Source of the DNA: Rhodosorus marinus CCMP1338
Taxonomy: Eukaryota > Plantae > Rhodophyta
DNA length: 64,000 nucleotides
Reading direction: 5' to 3'
Assembly: GCA_029953675.1 (NCBI GenBank)
Contig: JAMWBK010000010.1
Span: 372,001 to 436,000 of the forward strand
The notes beneath the pieces are model-generated. The model saw only the letters and a program-made list of their open reading frames with translations, had not been told where the DNA came from and did no database searches. How positions within the stretch are numbered: the first letter of the stretch is position 1; each line of letters opens with the position of its first letter. Below, one piece after another: positions 11,751 through 23,837 of this stretch. The position numbers were made by a program, and so were the translations under genes.

Positions 11751-12439
11751 GCTCTGCATCAACACTTGCGCTATCGATTTCGGTGTTTCATAGAATGCGA
11801 GCGGATGTGCCGAGGGGTCCAGTCCTGCCGACCGCGACACCTGTCATCGACATAAGCACAATAATGACTGAAAATACAATCAGTTTTTAATCCAACCATA
11901 TATTACCACGCGTCCAAAAGCTGAGCAAACGATTTTACAGCCCCAGGAAACAATTCACCCGAAAATATATGTGAATAATAATAATTTTAGAATGTTTATC
12001 TTCAAAATAATCGCGAAACCATAGGGGGGTATCTGCTTCTCTAAACGGCTCATCGAGAATTTTTGATCAAAAGTTGTGATGGATTTAGTTTTTAGTTTTT
12101 TTTACTTCCTTTTTTATTTGGAAAGCTGTGGGTATTTGGGACGTTTAGTTTCCAGCAAATGGCGAGCTCTTTCCCCTTTTTGGCTCTACTAACATTTTTG
12201 GGATTGATGTATCAGGAAGGGTTACGACTCCCCTTCCTGCGACTAGTCCCTGAAATAGAAACCTCTAACAGGGGGATCGCTTGACTTCACGCAAGTTCTT
12301 TCGGAATGGAAGTACAGCTGGCAGTGGAGACTGGCTCGGAACACCGGGGCTACAGCCCGCAGGACCTCGGAATGGTGCAAGCCGCGGATGGTTTCTGTCG
12401 ACAGGGCCTATCACGCGCGAAATACGTGTTCTGTTCTAA

Positions 12440-12730
12440 AACTAGATTAACCCCATCATCCATAGCTCAGAAGGCCAGAAATCCTTTCACACTGTTTGAG
12501 ACTCTCAAATCTGTAGTTACTACCTCCGGCTGGTACCGGCAGATAGATGACTAGGTAAGCCGATTCATGACGGTCGACCTCAGCTTCAGTTCTGGGGATC
12601 GCCTGTGTCGCATCGGCTCGTTCGCGTGTTATCGAGGTCTTTGGATTCATCGAGAGCTCAGTGGCGAGCTGACTTCGGAACTGCTCTCGCGATCGTCATG
12701 AGATATACTAGTAGCAGTAACCTTTTTTCA
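12440..12730 (+). mobile_element. Possible decayed gypsy integrase fragment
   Basis: FTLFETLKSVVTTSGWYRQIDD*VSRF loosely resembles FxLLGTKLxxSTAYHPQTDGQTERF; weak. Confidence 0.25.
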
Positions 12731-12947
12731 AGAGCTAACAACCCCGAGAAGGGAGACCTAAACCGACACACTCGCGTTTCCCCTCTTTGGTGAGCTTCAT
12801 GCTGCGGCGTTCTTAAAATGCTCGAACTAAGAGATTAGAAAGTCAGCAAACGACCGCATGCCCAGACCCCAGTGACCGTAACAAAAAGATTGAAATCCAA
12901 TCAATATACAGCGTTGATTGAGACCTCTCGCAAAGCAATCGGTCGAT

Positions 12948-13312
12948 CTAGGAAAGTAATTTTATCTTTCAAATTCAGGTCTGATAAACTTATATCAGAC
13001 ACCAACCAAAAGCCAAAATAATTCGATTATTACAAAATTAAGGTCATTTATACTTATATCTAGCCGTGTGATATCAGGTCGTTGTCCGAGAAACCAATTT
13101 TATCTTTCCAATTCAGGTTTAATAAACTTATATCGGACATCACCCAAAATTAATATCATATATATATCTGGCCGTCCGGTATCGGACCGTTATCCCAGAA
13201 AATCTATTTTATCTTTCCAATTCAGGTACAATAGAATATATCGGACATCAAACTCCAAGCAAAAAAGTTTAATTATTACAAAATTAATGTCATTTATACC
13301 TATATCTGACTG
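12948..13312. repeat. AT-rich imperfect tandem repeat, 3 x about 110-135 bp
   Basis: ttatctttc(a/c)aattcaggt...tatatc(a/g)gaca occurs three times; ttattacaaaattaa.gtcatt occurs twice. Confidence 0.85.
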
Positions 13313-13654
13313 TCTTATATACGGAGGAAAAGTAACGGACGCAAGTGACATCCTTTACTAGTTTTCCTTTTCCAGACAAAAAATAATTGCAAAACTTATA
13401 ATTTCTGTAATCTCTTCATTGGAGATGCTTTTGTGCCTGAGGAGACGAGGCCTTCATTTTTCGCATTGAAATCGACGATGAAAGGATATTATATGTTTTT
13501 TGATTGTTTTTTGATTGGGAAGCCGTTGAGTATTGGGAAATTGTGTGTTGAAAGCGATCTGGAATACGGCAGTCTTTGGAAGGGGATAAAGAGTTGGGCA
13601 TGTTGGAATGTGTAAGAGTTTGATATAGTAGTTGGTATAGGCCAGAATAGGTAA

Positions 13655-13677
13655 AGAGAGAGAGAGAGAGAGAGAGA
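13655..13677. repeat. (GA)n microsatellite
   Basis: Direct read. Confidence 0.95.
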
Positions 13678-13793
13678 AAGAGTGATACAGTGGTGTCTGT
13701 ATTTGTGGGCTGTAGAATTTTGTAGTGGCTTTTTTTTTTTTTTTTTCACTTGTTTGCTCGGGTTGCTTTTCGGGGGAGAGAGAAAAAGAAAGG

Positions 13794-14203
13794 ATGAGGA
13801 GTGTTTCTGTCTTGAATAGGGCGTTTGGGGTTAGGTGTCGTTGGTTTTGTTTTCTGCGAATGCCGACGATGACTGTTCTGCCTGGTGCTTCTCGGGTCGT
13901 TGAAAAGTCTGAGGCGGTGGAGGTCCAGAAGGACGTGAAGGAGGGTCAGCAGGGTGATGTGGACGGCGACAACGGTAAGTTCTTGTCTTTTGCTCCTCTG
14001 TATCTCGGGAAGGGCTCGTCTGACCTGACGCTGAAAAGTTTGTTTCCACCTGCCGCTTATCGTTTACGTTTCTCGCAGGAAGCTACACCCCGTCAAAAAT
14101 CAACATTCGGTTAGAAACGCTAGCCAGCGGCGGCATCGGATATGGCAGCAGGATTGTGGAAGACTCGCAGGAGTACATTCGGTTCGAACCACCAATTCTC
14201 TAG
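13794..14203 (+). CDS. Hypothetical two-exon protein (about 101 aa)
   Basis: ATG at 13794, strong GTAAGT donor at 13975, CAG acceptor at 14078, frame stays open to TAG at 14203; no family recognised. Confidence 0.3.
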
Positions 14204-15212
14204 GATACAGACGCACTTCCTTTAAGAGGAAGACAAAACACTCAGAATCGTGCCTCGGAGACTACAACCAACCACCGCCGGGTTCTGAAATCAGTAGGGC
14301 TTTGCCCAGTTATCCCGTCCAGCAAACAAAGGGAAGAACCATGTTCTGACTTCTGACTTCAAATGTGCTTCAGGCTGAAAAGAAGGCGGCACGCGGTTCC
14401 AAAGCTTCGAGCTAACGCAAGGAGCCCTGACTGGTTTGAGATATATAGAATGAACTTGGGGACATGCGACAAGGGCGCAGATATCCCCTACCAAAGCCTA
14501 GGATTGGGAACCAGACTCAGCGTTTGTAAGGATATTTTGTTCATATAAAAGAGAATACGCAGTGAATAGGAGTACTGATTCCCCCCACAAAGGCTGTAAG
14601 ACATAGAAGAGAAGCTATCTTTAGTACAAAGCGCGAATAGTGCTGGGTGTGTTTCCTCTATCGGTCTACTCCATCGTCATGTGGACTCGGACGTCCGCGG
14701 ACTGAACAAGAAGAGGCATATCCAAAGTCCAGCTGTCCAATCCATGGTGGGAGAGAGCCTGAAGGGCATACGTCCCGTTGCCTTCCTCGTTTGGCTGCCT
14801 GAACTGAAGCTTTGCATAGATGTTTGCAGGTTCACAAGTCGCCAGAAAACTGAGGAGCCTGCTCTGAGAGTGTCGAAGGCAGTGCCTGGTATACACAGCT
14901 TTTGACTGAAAGACCAGCGACTTCAAAACCACCAACCGCTGCGAAGTTTAGTTGTTTTTATGTACTAGTAAATAACCACTGAAGCAAGATGGCAGAGTTC
15001 GTAGGAAAGGTCCTCGACCTTGTCGGTTAGAACAGAGGGAAGATCCTTTCTCGTCTTCAAAACGATATCTGTACACCTAAACGCTTTGCTGAAGTCACCC
15101 GTCTTGTATAGGGGTTTGAAAATAATTTGGAGAAGAATCCGCCGCGAAACTCGCCGTGAGGGAACAAACTGCGTAGCGAGTTTTTTTGCATTGGGACTCG
15201 TCTCCCATAAAC

Positions 15213-16806
15213 TCAGCTGCCTTCTCGAAGCTGGGCCTTGACGTCTCCCAGTTCTCTCCCATCGGACGTCCTCCTCTTCTTCTTGGTGGAGTTGTGCTTC
15301 TTCGAAGGTTTCGGAATCTTTACAAGCGGTTGAATGTACCCCAGCGGTACAATCGGAGCACTTGGAGGCTCGGGAATCGCGGGGAGGTAGAAAACGGGAA
15401 CTTCATCTTCACCTTCAACCCGCTCGATTGTCGTCACGTCCACTTCTATTAGCGCCTCCCTCTTCAGCTTCTCCTCCATCCTTTTCTTCTCGATGCTGGC
15501 GTCGGGAATATCAAACTCGTCTTCTTTCTCATCGTAGTCCTTATTCTCATCAATCTCCTTGAAATTCGGTGCAAAAGCTGCCCAGTTCTGAGCCTGAGAC
15601 TTCATCCAAATATAAATACCGCCATAGCTGACTCCTACAAAAAAGGCTCAAAAATAAGATTTGGCCGCCACCAGGTAAGCCAAACCGTGCAGACGGAGGT
15701 CACTTGATCTCCAGTTGACGTACCTAGTGATACAGCAACGGGCCTCTTTGGATGCCATAGGAGACCTCCAATACCTTCCTTAGGTCCATCCAGGGTCTTA
15801 TCTAGCTGACCATCAACCAATCTATAGCGTTTTGGGGGAAAAATTCGAAAAGGGGGGGGGGTTCAGCAAAGGCCACAGGGTTTAGGATTGTCTGATAGTC
15901 TGTTTGACGGCTGGTCTGCTATTACCTCCAGATATGCAGTTTATGCTCGGCACCCGTAGACCCGCCGAGGATATGGTCTCCCTGTCCGGAGAAGATTGCA
16001 CACCTCCACTGTGATCTGTTGACGACGTCATTGAAGCATGCGAGGACGCAGAGATCTTCCGCGTCGAAAACTCGGATCTGTCTATCAGCTGAGTTGACGA
16101 GGAAGCGAGAGCCGTCCTGTGCGAATACGATCTCTTTGACCACGGTTCGGTTCGGAAGGTCGACCTTTCGTGTCTTATCAATCGCCAAGGCCCGTCCGTC
16201 TTCCCCACGCTGAAGAGTGAACTCGCGCAACAGGCCGTGGGCGCGGCAGCTGAGGACTCGGGCACCAAGCTGGCTGAAAACTGTCACGTAATCCTGTTTC
16301 TTCTTCGGATCTATTGCTTCATCTTCTTCATTTTCTAGAGCGATCGCCCGACTGACCTTCGCTGGGGAATCGTCACCTTCCGTTTCTTCCCAAATCAGAA
16401 GCTTCGGTGGCCCGCTTGCTGCCGTCACCAGGACCTCGTCTGCTCTGATCCGTGAAGACTCCAGTCTAACCACCTCGGAATCCAACTTGAGAACAGATGA
16501 AGTGCCTTCGACTACATTCCAGAATCGAATACATCCACCAGCCGATCCCGATATCAACCGCTCACCTGTCATCGGCGAAGGAAACGTGATCGAATTGATT
16601 GAGCCTGATCTACCATCAAGCTTCATCGCAATGGATCTCGTATCGAAATCCCACAGCACGACTTCCCCTTCCTCAGTCCCAGCGGCAAGAATATTCCCAT
16701 GTCGATTAAACCGCAAGCAGATGGCTTTGCCTCCTTCCAGATAATCATCCATCCTCTCCGGAAGCTCCGACTTCAGAGAGTCTTTTAGCAGCGATGACCG
16801 ATGCAT
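15213..16806 (-). CDS. RBBP5: RBBP5/Swd1 WD40 subunit of the COMPASS H3K4 methyltransferase
   Basis: CLRFNRHGNILAAG..GEVVLWDFDTRSI N-terminus; LWHPKRP; IWMKSQAQNWAAFAPNFKEIDENKDYDEKEDEFDI tail; two introns. Confidence 0.93.
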
Positions 16807-18046
16807 CCTCCCTCAAACCCCGCAAGACCAAAAAAATTACTTTCAAAAACACAAGACCAAACGCAGCTACTTCGACTTCCTCCAAGTTCAAAAAACAGCT
16901 ACAATGCACAGCTTTAGAGAAAACTATCCTCTCGGATCATCTTCTCAACGAACCGGCTTGACTCCAACCCTTTAAACCCAGAGCTGAAGTTTCAGCTTGT
17001 CAATCCCCGAACTCCAGCAAAAATACCAAGCTTGAGCTTAGTGTGCAGTTCGGAGTTCCTTCTCTCGCAGCTCAGTTCCACAGAACGAAAAAAAGCCTCA
17101 AACTCCCATATCTCAGTCTCTCTCCTCTCACCAATTCTGCCTCACAAAAGACGGGGATCTCGATTGAAGAGAACGTGGAAGAGACTCTATATCAAAGCGG
17201 CCTCTAGCTCCCGTTTCTCCTTCTCAATTCAGTGACCACCCTCGCCCCCCGCTTCCTTCCCCCACACCCAAGCTCTAGCCCCCTATCAACTCCTCAATCG
17301 TCTCACATCCGCTTCCCGCCTAACCCCTCCCTCCAATCCACACCCCAAAAATCCCTCACCCAAGCTCTGTTCACACCCAAACCCAATCTCTCCCTCCCCT
17401 CCACGATCTGACTCCGTTTCCCGTCCCCCCCGAACTCACATTCCGCCTCTTTCATCTCCAAACTCACAAACCGCCTCCCGCCTCCACCTCTTCCAAACTC
17501 ACATTCCGCCACCCTGACATACTCCATGTGGAAGGGAATGGTGGCGGAATATCATCCTATGCAATGACTCCTAAGACATTGAATGCAAACCTTCTCGAAG
17601 TTGATGATCAGAAACAATCAGTCAGCCGTGAGGCGGGCATGTCGAACCTTTGGGCAGTAATTAGAACTCGCTTTGTTAATATGGAATGGACCTTGTGGAT
17701 AGTTCAAAGGAGCAGAGACTACGGAGCTACCAGGATTTCTTCTTGTCTGGTGAGCACGGTGAAAAAGCACTGGGACCAGAGAAAGTCAGGCCGGATGCAT
17801 AGATTGGTTGAGCAACCCTGGAACGAGAGAGGTGGCTGTGTTGTTTTTTTTGTTTTCGGTTTTGGGCGATTCAAGTTCCGGACACTTGAGAGAGTGGCGG
17901 AGGAGCCGAGCTGATCGATAGGGCGTTGATGGCTCAGTGTTCTTCTCATCGTCGGAGGCTGATGGAAGTATTACCTTGATTGAAGTGGAACGTGATTTAG
18001 GACGGATACTTGTGACGACGGAAGGCAAAGAGGTTGAAACGGATCG

Positions 18047-19864
18047 ATGGGACGGTCTGTGATCAGATCTCTGAGCGTCGCAGCTCGTGAATCACGAAAT
18101 GTTGTTGAGGTTCTAAGCTCCCGAGGATTGCTGGGCCACACTAGCAATCGGGAGAAGATCGTGGAAGCCGCGAAGAGCCCGATGAAAGTCTACTGTGGAT
18201 TCGACCCGACCGCAGATTCGCTTCACCTCGGCAACTACTTGGGGCTGGTCGCTCTCAAGTGGTTTCAGGTCTGTGGGCACGAGGTCTTCTGCCTCATAGG
18301 AGGCTCCACAGCGCGCATCGGGGATCCGTCGGGAAAGAGCGGAGAGCGGCCGATCATGTCAGCTCAGTCCATCGAGAGGAACAGTATTCGAATTGAGCAA
18401 TCTATCAAAAGGATCCTTGGCCGTTCCGTGAAAGTGGTGAACAACCTCGACTGGGTTGGGAACCTAAGCTTTCTGGACTTTCTCGACACGATCGGCAGGA
18501 ACAGCAGAGTAGGATCGATGCTCAACCGAGAATCAGTCCGGTCTCGCCTCGAGTCACCAACTGGATTGTCGTTCGCAGAGTTCTCCTATCAACTCCTTCA
18601 AGCCTATGACTATGCCCATCTTCATGAAACCTACGGCGTCACCCTGCAGATCGGCGGCAGTGACCAGCTAGGGAACATGCAAGCTGGAGTAGACCTCGCG
18701 AAGAAACTGAAGCCGGAGGGTGAAACCCTTCACACTTTAACTTTTCCGCTTCTAACTACTGCAGACGGAAAGAAGTACGGAAAGACTGAGAGGGGAGCCG
18801 TATGGTTGGAAGCCGATCGCCTCAGCCCGTACTCATTCTACCAGTACCTCATTCAAGCCCAAGACGCCGACGTTACCAACTTGCTTAGAAAACTAACAAT
18901 GCTTCCGGAGGAGTCGATCTCAAAAGCGCAAGAAGAGCTTCTGGAAGCGCCCTTCTCCGCGCAGCGACTCCTCGCAGAAACGCTAACACGAGATCTCCAC
19001 GGAGAAGATGGCCTAGCTTCCTCACTGGTATCTCAGCACTCACATACGCTAGCTTTGCCGCTTCCTCACTGACACCGCGTTACCTAACACCTGCGTTCCA
19101 CAAACAGAGAGCAACAGACGTCCTTAAGCCCGGATCTCGACTAGACCGATCACAGATCTCAGCGGAACTATTGCTATCGCTTACTAGCGACCTACCAGTC
19201 GTCACTGTAAAACGTAAAGTGCTTCTTGAAATCTCTCTAAAATCTGTATTGGTAAGTCAAAACTTCTCTTAACCCACATTCCCGAAGAACTTTCTGACAA
19301 CCTAAACCAGGATGAGAGAACGCAACAGATCTCTACCGAAGCACATCGACATCGCCTACTGACATGAGCGAGAGGTAGAGGAGCGCAGGGAGACGTCGAG
19401 CGCGTAGTCTTCCGACGAAGACACAGTTGGCTTATGTTTTGAACTCCTTGCATCGCGTAGGCCATGTTGAAGTGTTTGGGTAGAGATGTGTTGCGATCTC
19501 TCTCTTAGGTTTTCATCTCCGCAGCAACGTAGCCCTGGTCATTGCTTACTGTATTCTGTTCATCTAGAGACGTAGAATGCCACACCTTGACCTAACAACT
19601 GCAAGGCTCGAGTCTCGATCTGAACTGAAATATTTTTCTGCTATGAAATCTCCAACCGCGTAGCTGATGTTGAAGCTTGGGAAGCGATCCGGGCTAGAGC
19701 AATTGCTGAGGGATGGACATGGATACATTAACAATGAGAGACTAGAAGCTGGTGATCGCCGGATCTCTGAAGACGATCTTCTGGAAGGGCAGGTGATGTT
19801 GGTAGGCGCTGGAAAGAAGAAGAAAGGCCTCGTTCGAGTTAAGGACGAACCTGGTCCACAGTGA
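18047..19864 (+). CDS. tyrS: Organellar (bacterial-type) tyrosyl-tRNA synthetase, 3 exons
   Basis: YCGFDPTADSLHLGN, QIGGSDQLGN and GKKYGKTE motifs; C-terminal S4-like domain (GYINNER..GAGKKK). Exons 18047-19027, 19108-19251, 19664-19864, all phase 0. Confidence 0.95.
19314..19502. ncRNA. Long imperfect hairpin (pre-miRNA-like or MITE remnant) in TyrRS intron 2
   Basis: 19321-19359 pairs with 19457-19495 over 39 positions with 4 symmetric mismatches and 2 G-U pairs; extends outward (gagaga/tctctc) and has an inner acatgagc/gcttatgt helix. Confidence 0.5.
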
Positions 19865-20194
19865 CGGGAGTGTACAGATTCTGCTGGGCTAGGGTTTTCT
19901 GTTCCCTGCTGTTCTTGTTTCTTCTCTGATGCCTTCAAGCCAGGCTGTCGTAAAAACCGTCCAGTTTTTCGGTTTGTAAGTTCAGGCCGATGACGAGAAG
20001 AGTGACTAATCCAGGGCTTTGGAGGAGGCTCCTTGGTGAGGCTGCGAGGACAGTGGAAATTTCGGTCTGTCTGCTTTAGCAAAGAACTCTCCATTTTGTA
20101 GTTTTACAGTTTGCTCGAGTGGAAAGAGCTAGTTCCCCACCACTTTTTCTGCCCTAATAGCTGGCCCAGCGCCCTTCGTTCTCGCGAATCAAGT

Positions 20195-21035
20195 CTAAGC
20201 GGCAGCCTCTGCGGCTGGAGCGCTACCCTCGGTCACGCCCTCCTCTTCTTTCTTAAAGCTAAAATCACAAAGTTTACGAGAAAGATACCGCAGTGGATGT
20301 CAGAGCACGCTCGTATCTGCGGATGTACCAAGGATGATTACGAGAACGGAGTGGACTTACAAGACCTCTTCAATCACGGTCTCAAGCTGCTCCTTCATCA
20401 AAGCTCCCTCGAATCGGAATCGAAGCTCATTCTTATGTACGAAAAACAGAGTTGGCAGCGCACGAACCTTTAACAAGCACAGGAAAAGACCAAAAGGCCA
20501 GGTCAGTGAGACTTCGTATGTTTTGAGATAACTAGATCAATAATTGGACCGAGCATGCCTCGTCTTGTCCAACAGAATCAAACGCTATTGGGTTTTCTAG
20601 TGAAACGTACCTGCAAGATGGTTGCAATGTCAGTTTCTTCATCGGAATCGACCTTCAAGACTTTGACTCTTCCGTCATATTCCGCAGCGATCTTCTCCAG
20701 TTCTGGAAGCATAAACTGACAAGGTCCGCACCTTTAACCGAGCCAAAACAAACAGCACATCAACGCGGAAAACTCTTAGCATTGATCTGGACTTGGGAAA
20801 AAGTATTGACGCAATAATCGACTCCAAAAATAGCAAATTTTTAGACCTACCAAGCCGCGTAGAAATCAACGACAAGTGGCAATTCAGCGTCATTCAGCTC
20901 AACCTCAAGCTCTTCACCAGTAATTTTCTGAACGAGCTCAGCCTTCACCGCCACCTTCGCTCGTCTAGGCTGCACTCGAGGCCTGTGCATGGCCGGACCT
21001 CGAGGCAAAACACCGACATTCGCAAATCCAATCAT
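20195..21035 (-). CDS. TRXz: Plastid thioredoxin, TRX z-like, 4 exons
   Basis: Transit peptide MIGFANV..; VQKITGEELE..PLVVDFYAAW|CGPCQFM..KVDSDEE..Q|VRALPTLFF; GTAAGT..TTAG intron leads to last exon FKKEEEG..AAA*. Confidence 0.85.
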
Positions 21036-21180
21036 TGTGTTCTAATCTAGTTCTTCTTAATAAAACAAGGGATTTATCAACTACTCTTAACTTCTTCAAA
21101 CAGTCCTTCCTAATCAAATCACTTCGCTCCGATCGTCTTCCTCATTCCCAAACTTCCAAAACCCTCTTTTCAAACAGCCA

Positions 21181-21292
21181 AACCGCCTCCCCCTTCAAAT
21201 CTTTCCCTCCTTATTCCGCCTCCCCTTTCAAATCTTTCCCAATAGGGAGCTATTCCGCCTCCACTTCAAATCTGTCGTCACTATTCCGCCTC
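21181..21292. repeat. Short tandem motif ccgcctcc(c)cttcaaatct, about 3.5 copies, upstream of the thioredoxin gene
   Basis: Direct read. Confidence 0.8.
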
Positions 21293-21399
21293 GATGTGAC
21301 TCTACCTAGACGTGTGGCCGGGAGCATCATCGCTCGCGGGAGCTTGACCATGAAGAAGTAGATCTAATAGCTTCTTGAGAGCACAGGAAACGGAAAATG

Positions 21400-22140
21400 A
21401 TGGAGCTCTACAATGCCTTGCATGGTCTGTGTAGAGATTCCCCGGAGCTGATCAGTGAGCGTCCCAACTTGACGTTTTTTTTTTGTTTGATCGAAACCTC
21501 AAGGAGGTGAACAAGTCTTTCTCGCGGGACTTGAGCTATTATAGCGAGTTAGTGGAAAGCATCTGGAAGACGGACGTGGTTCAATTTAGAGAAGCGTTCA
21601 TGTCCGCCAAAACTGCGGTAGCAGTGACAACAGGAAAAAGCGGTCCGGGTCTTAAAATATCTTTTCGCTAGGAAAGGGGTATGAGCGATGACCGGAAGTT
21701 CATTCGAAAAATCCTGAAGCTTTGTCCGGAGCAAAATTCCGATTCTGATGTTGTCTACAGATCCTATTCTCTCGCCGGCGGCATCGAATACCACCACGTA
21801 TTTGGCAATTTGGTAGTTTTCGAAAAGCCTCGTTAAAACGAGACAGTCCAGCATCGCACCGCTGCGCGGGCTGCGCGGTGCGACGCCAAAATCTGAGGGT
21901 ACCTGTCGGAGAAAGTAGTGAAGTATATGGCAAGCACTGAACGGGGAGATAAGAAGCGCAGTTAGCAGGTGCCGTTTGGGTCGCCGTCGGGGCTCTGCTG
22001 AAGGTGATCGTGTTTTCCGAGAGGCCAAGTACCGCGCTCTGAGTAAAGCGGACCTGTGCCAGTTTCCGGACGGGTACCTTCAAACTGAGCCTCTTATCTT
22101 CTGCTTCAGCGCTTGCCAGAGACTTTACTACTTCCTTCGA
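21400..22140. other. Coding-like region, gene structure and strand unresolved
   Basis: In-register open frames on both strands at about 21670-21835 (SDDRKFIRKILKL..EKPR* and RLFENYQIAKYVVVFDAAG..); splice-like signals present but no family recognised. Confidence 0.25.
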
Positions 22141-23837
22141 CTGCGATTCTCATCTTCCGATTTAGTCATGGTAAACCATTCGGAGAACTTAGCCTCCGAT
22201 TAAACCGGTCTGCTTTCGAACTCGCAAATTGGGGAGCCGACTTCCCACTTCGATGAAACGGGAAAAAGGCACTCAGGAGGGGCTCCTAGGCCAGAAACGT
22301 GCAACAACAGCCCTTGGGGCGACCAAAAGAACTGTAAACTGGACGAAGGGAATAAAAAGAGTCGCCAACGATTGAGCAAGTCGAGAAAAGAGCCCTGACT
22401 GGCTGCACACACACAGGTCGAGAAAGGAGCAAAAGGAGTGTAGCTAGTTGCATTTCGCAAACTATTGCCTCTTGAGTGTGTTTCCATAAGTACTTGCTAA
22501 CAGCTAATACAACCCTGCCGAGCACTCGTCGCCGTTTGAGGTAGTTTGAAGTAAAGGAGAACCGAATTGTCGAGTAGAAATCGTGAGCGCACAGAAGAAA
22601 ACGAATTTTTTAACGTAGGGTTGAGTATCAGTTTCGAATCTCTCCAGAGGGGGTGGTGGGGGGTGGGTGGGACTACGAGCACGAGTACCCTTCTCCATCG
22701 AGCTCAATCCCGGAACTGGCAGTCCGAACAGCTGGCGTATATTGACCTGCATTTCAGGCGCGGTCAAGTTTCTCTGCCCGAGCCTAGGCAAACCTCAAAG
22801 CCATGCTCCAGTACATTGCCCGCTCGGTTTGCTCAGTCTGCCTCCGAGGGCGGGGAGCATAGTCTGACCCCAGTGGAGAGTATCCTTCAGCAGTTATAGG
22901 AACTGTCAACGGAAACTCAATTAGTTCGGCAGTTGCTGAAAGATGAAAAATCCGTAGTCAAACTGTGTCCTCTCGCCAATGAAGCACCCGATCCGAAGTC
23001 CTCCAAAGCGAAGGGGGACAAACCTATAATAATTTTGGAGGCGTGGTCTGTACGCCCTACCTACACTACCTCATTCGGGGACCTTTTAGCCTCCAATTAA
23101 ACGGATTGATTGACTAACAGCACCGGAGAGTCAGGCTCTCTCACTAACCCCTCCACGCTCCATGCAACGATGATGAACCGGTAAGTACTAAGTACTATTA
23201 AAGTACTATCCAAATAATACTCAAAATATCTATCAAAAAACAAAAAATTAAGGAAAAAACCGTTGTGAGTAAAGTAACGCATTTTATGATGACGATGATA
23301 ACGTTTTGGTCATAAATAGCGGTCGATGAGGATTGGGGAGGATGATGGGAAGTCAGTCTGTACTGGCCAGCTGTCTGGTTGTTTTGTTTTTTTTGTTTTG
23401 GTCTGTGCTTGCTGAATTTGTCTTGTTGTTGCTTTATCTTTTTGTCCCCTGTGGCCGTGAGTGAGGTTTTCTTTTCGTCTTTTGTGGTGTTTTTGGTCTG
23501 TGTGTGAGAGGCGTTGTTGGGGTTTTTGGGACGGGGGACTGTGAGGGTTTTTTTTGTTGTTTTTGCTGGTTGAGCGGAGGGCTGGACGAGGGTTTTCGGG
23601 GGGAGGGTTAGGTTCCGGACTTTGTGTGTTGATGTTTTGCTGTTTCTTGTTTTCCTGTGTTTCGTGTTGGGCTCTGTGAAGGGTTGCACGTGCGAGCCAC
23701 GGCTGGGTGCTTCAGTGAGAGCTCGTCTTGGCGTGTTGGTGGGTATTCGAATAAAATTGTGAGAGCGTTTTCGAAGGTGAACAGGGCTGGTTGTTTGGTT
23801 CCGGCTGTTGTAGAAGTGTGTACGTGGGTGTGTAGTC

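Noticed and set aside
12620-12660. Minus-strand ALDESKD resembles the hAT/Buster DESTD motif
   Set aside because: Isolated heptapeptide bounded by stops with no following QL..VRY.
14079-14110. SYTPSKINIR resembles the APC10/DOC motif SYTPSKISVR
   Set aside because: Flanking residues and length do not fit a DOC domain; likely chance.
20357-20359. TAA as the thioredoxin stop
   Set aside because: It lies within a GTAAGT donor; splicing to TTAG gives an in-frame last exon ending at 20195. Retention remains possible but is less likely.
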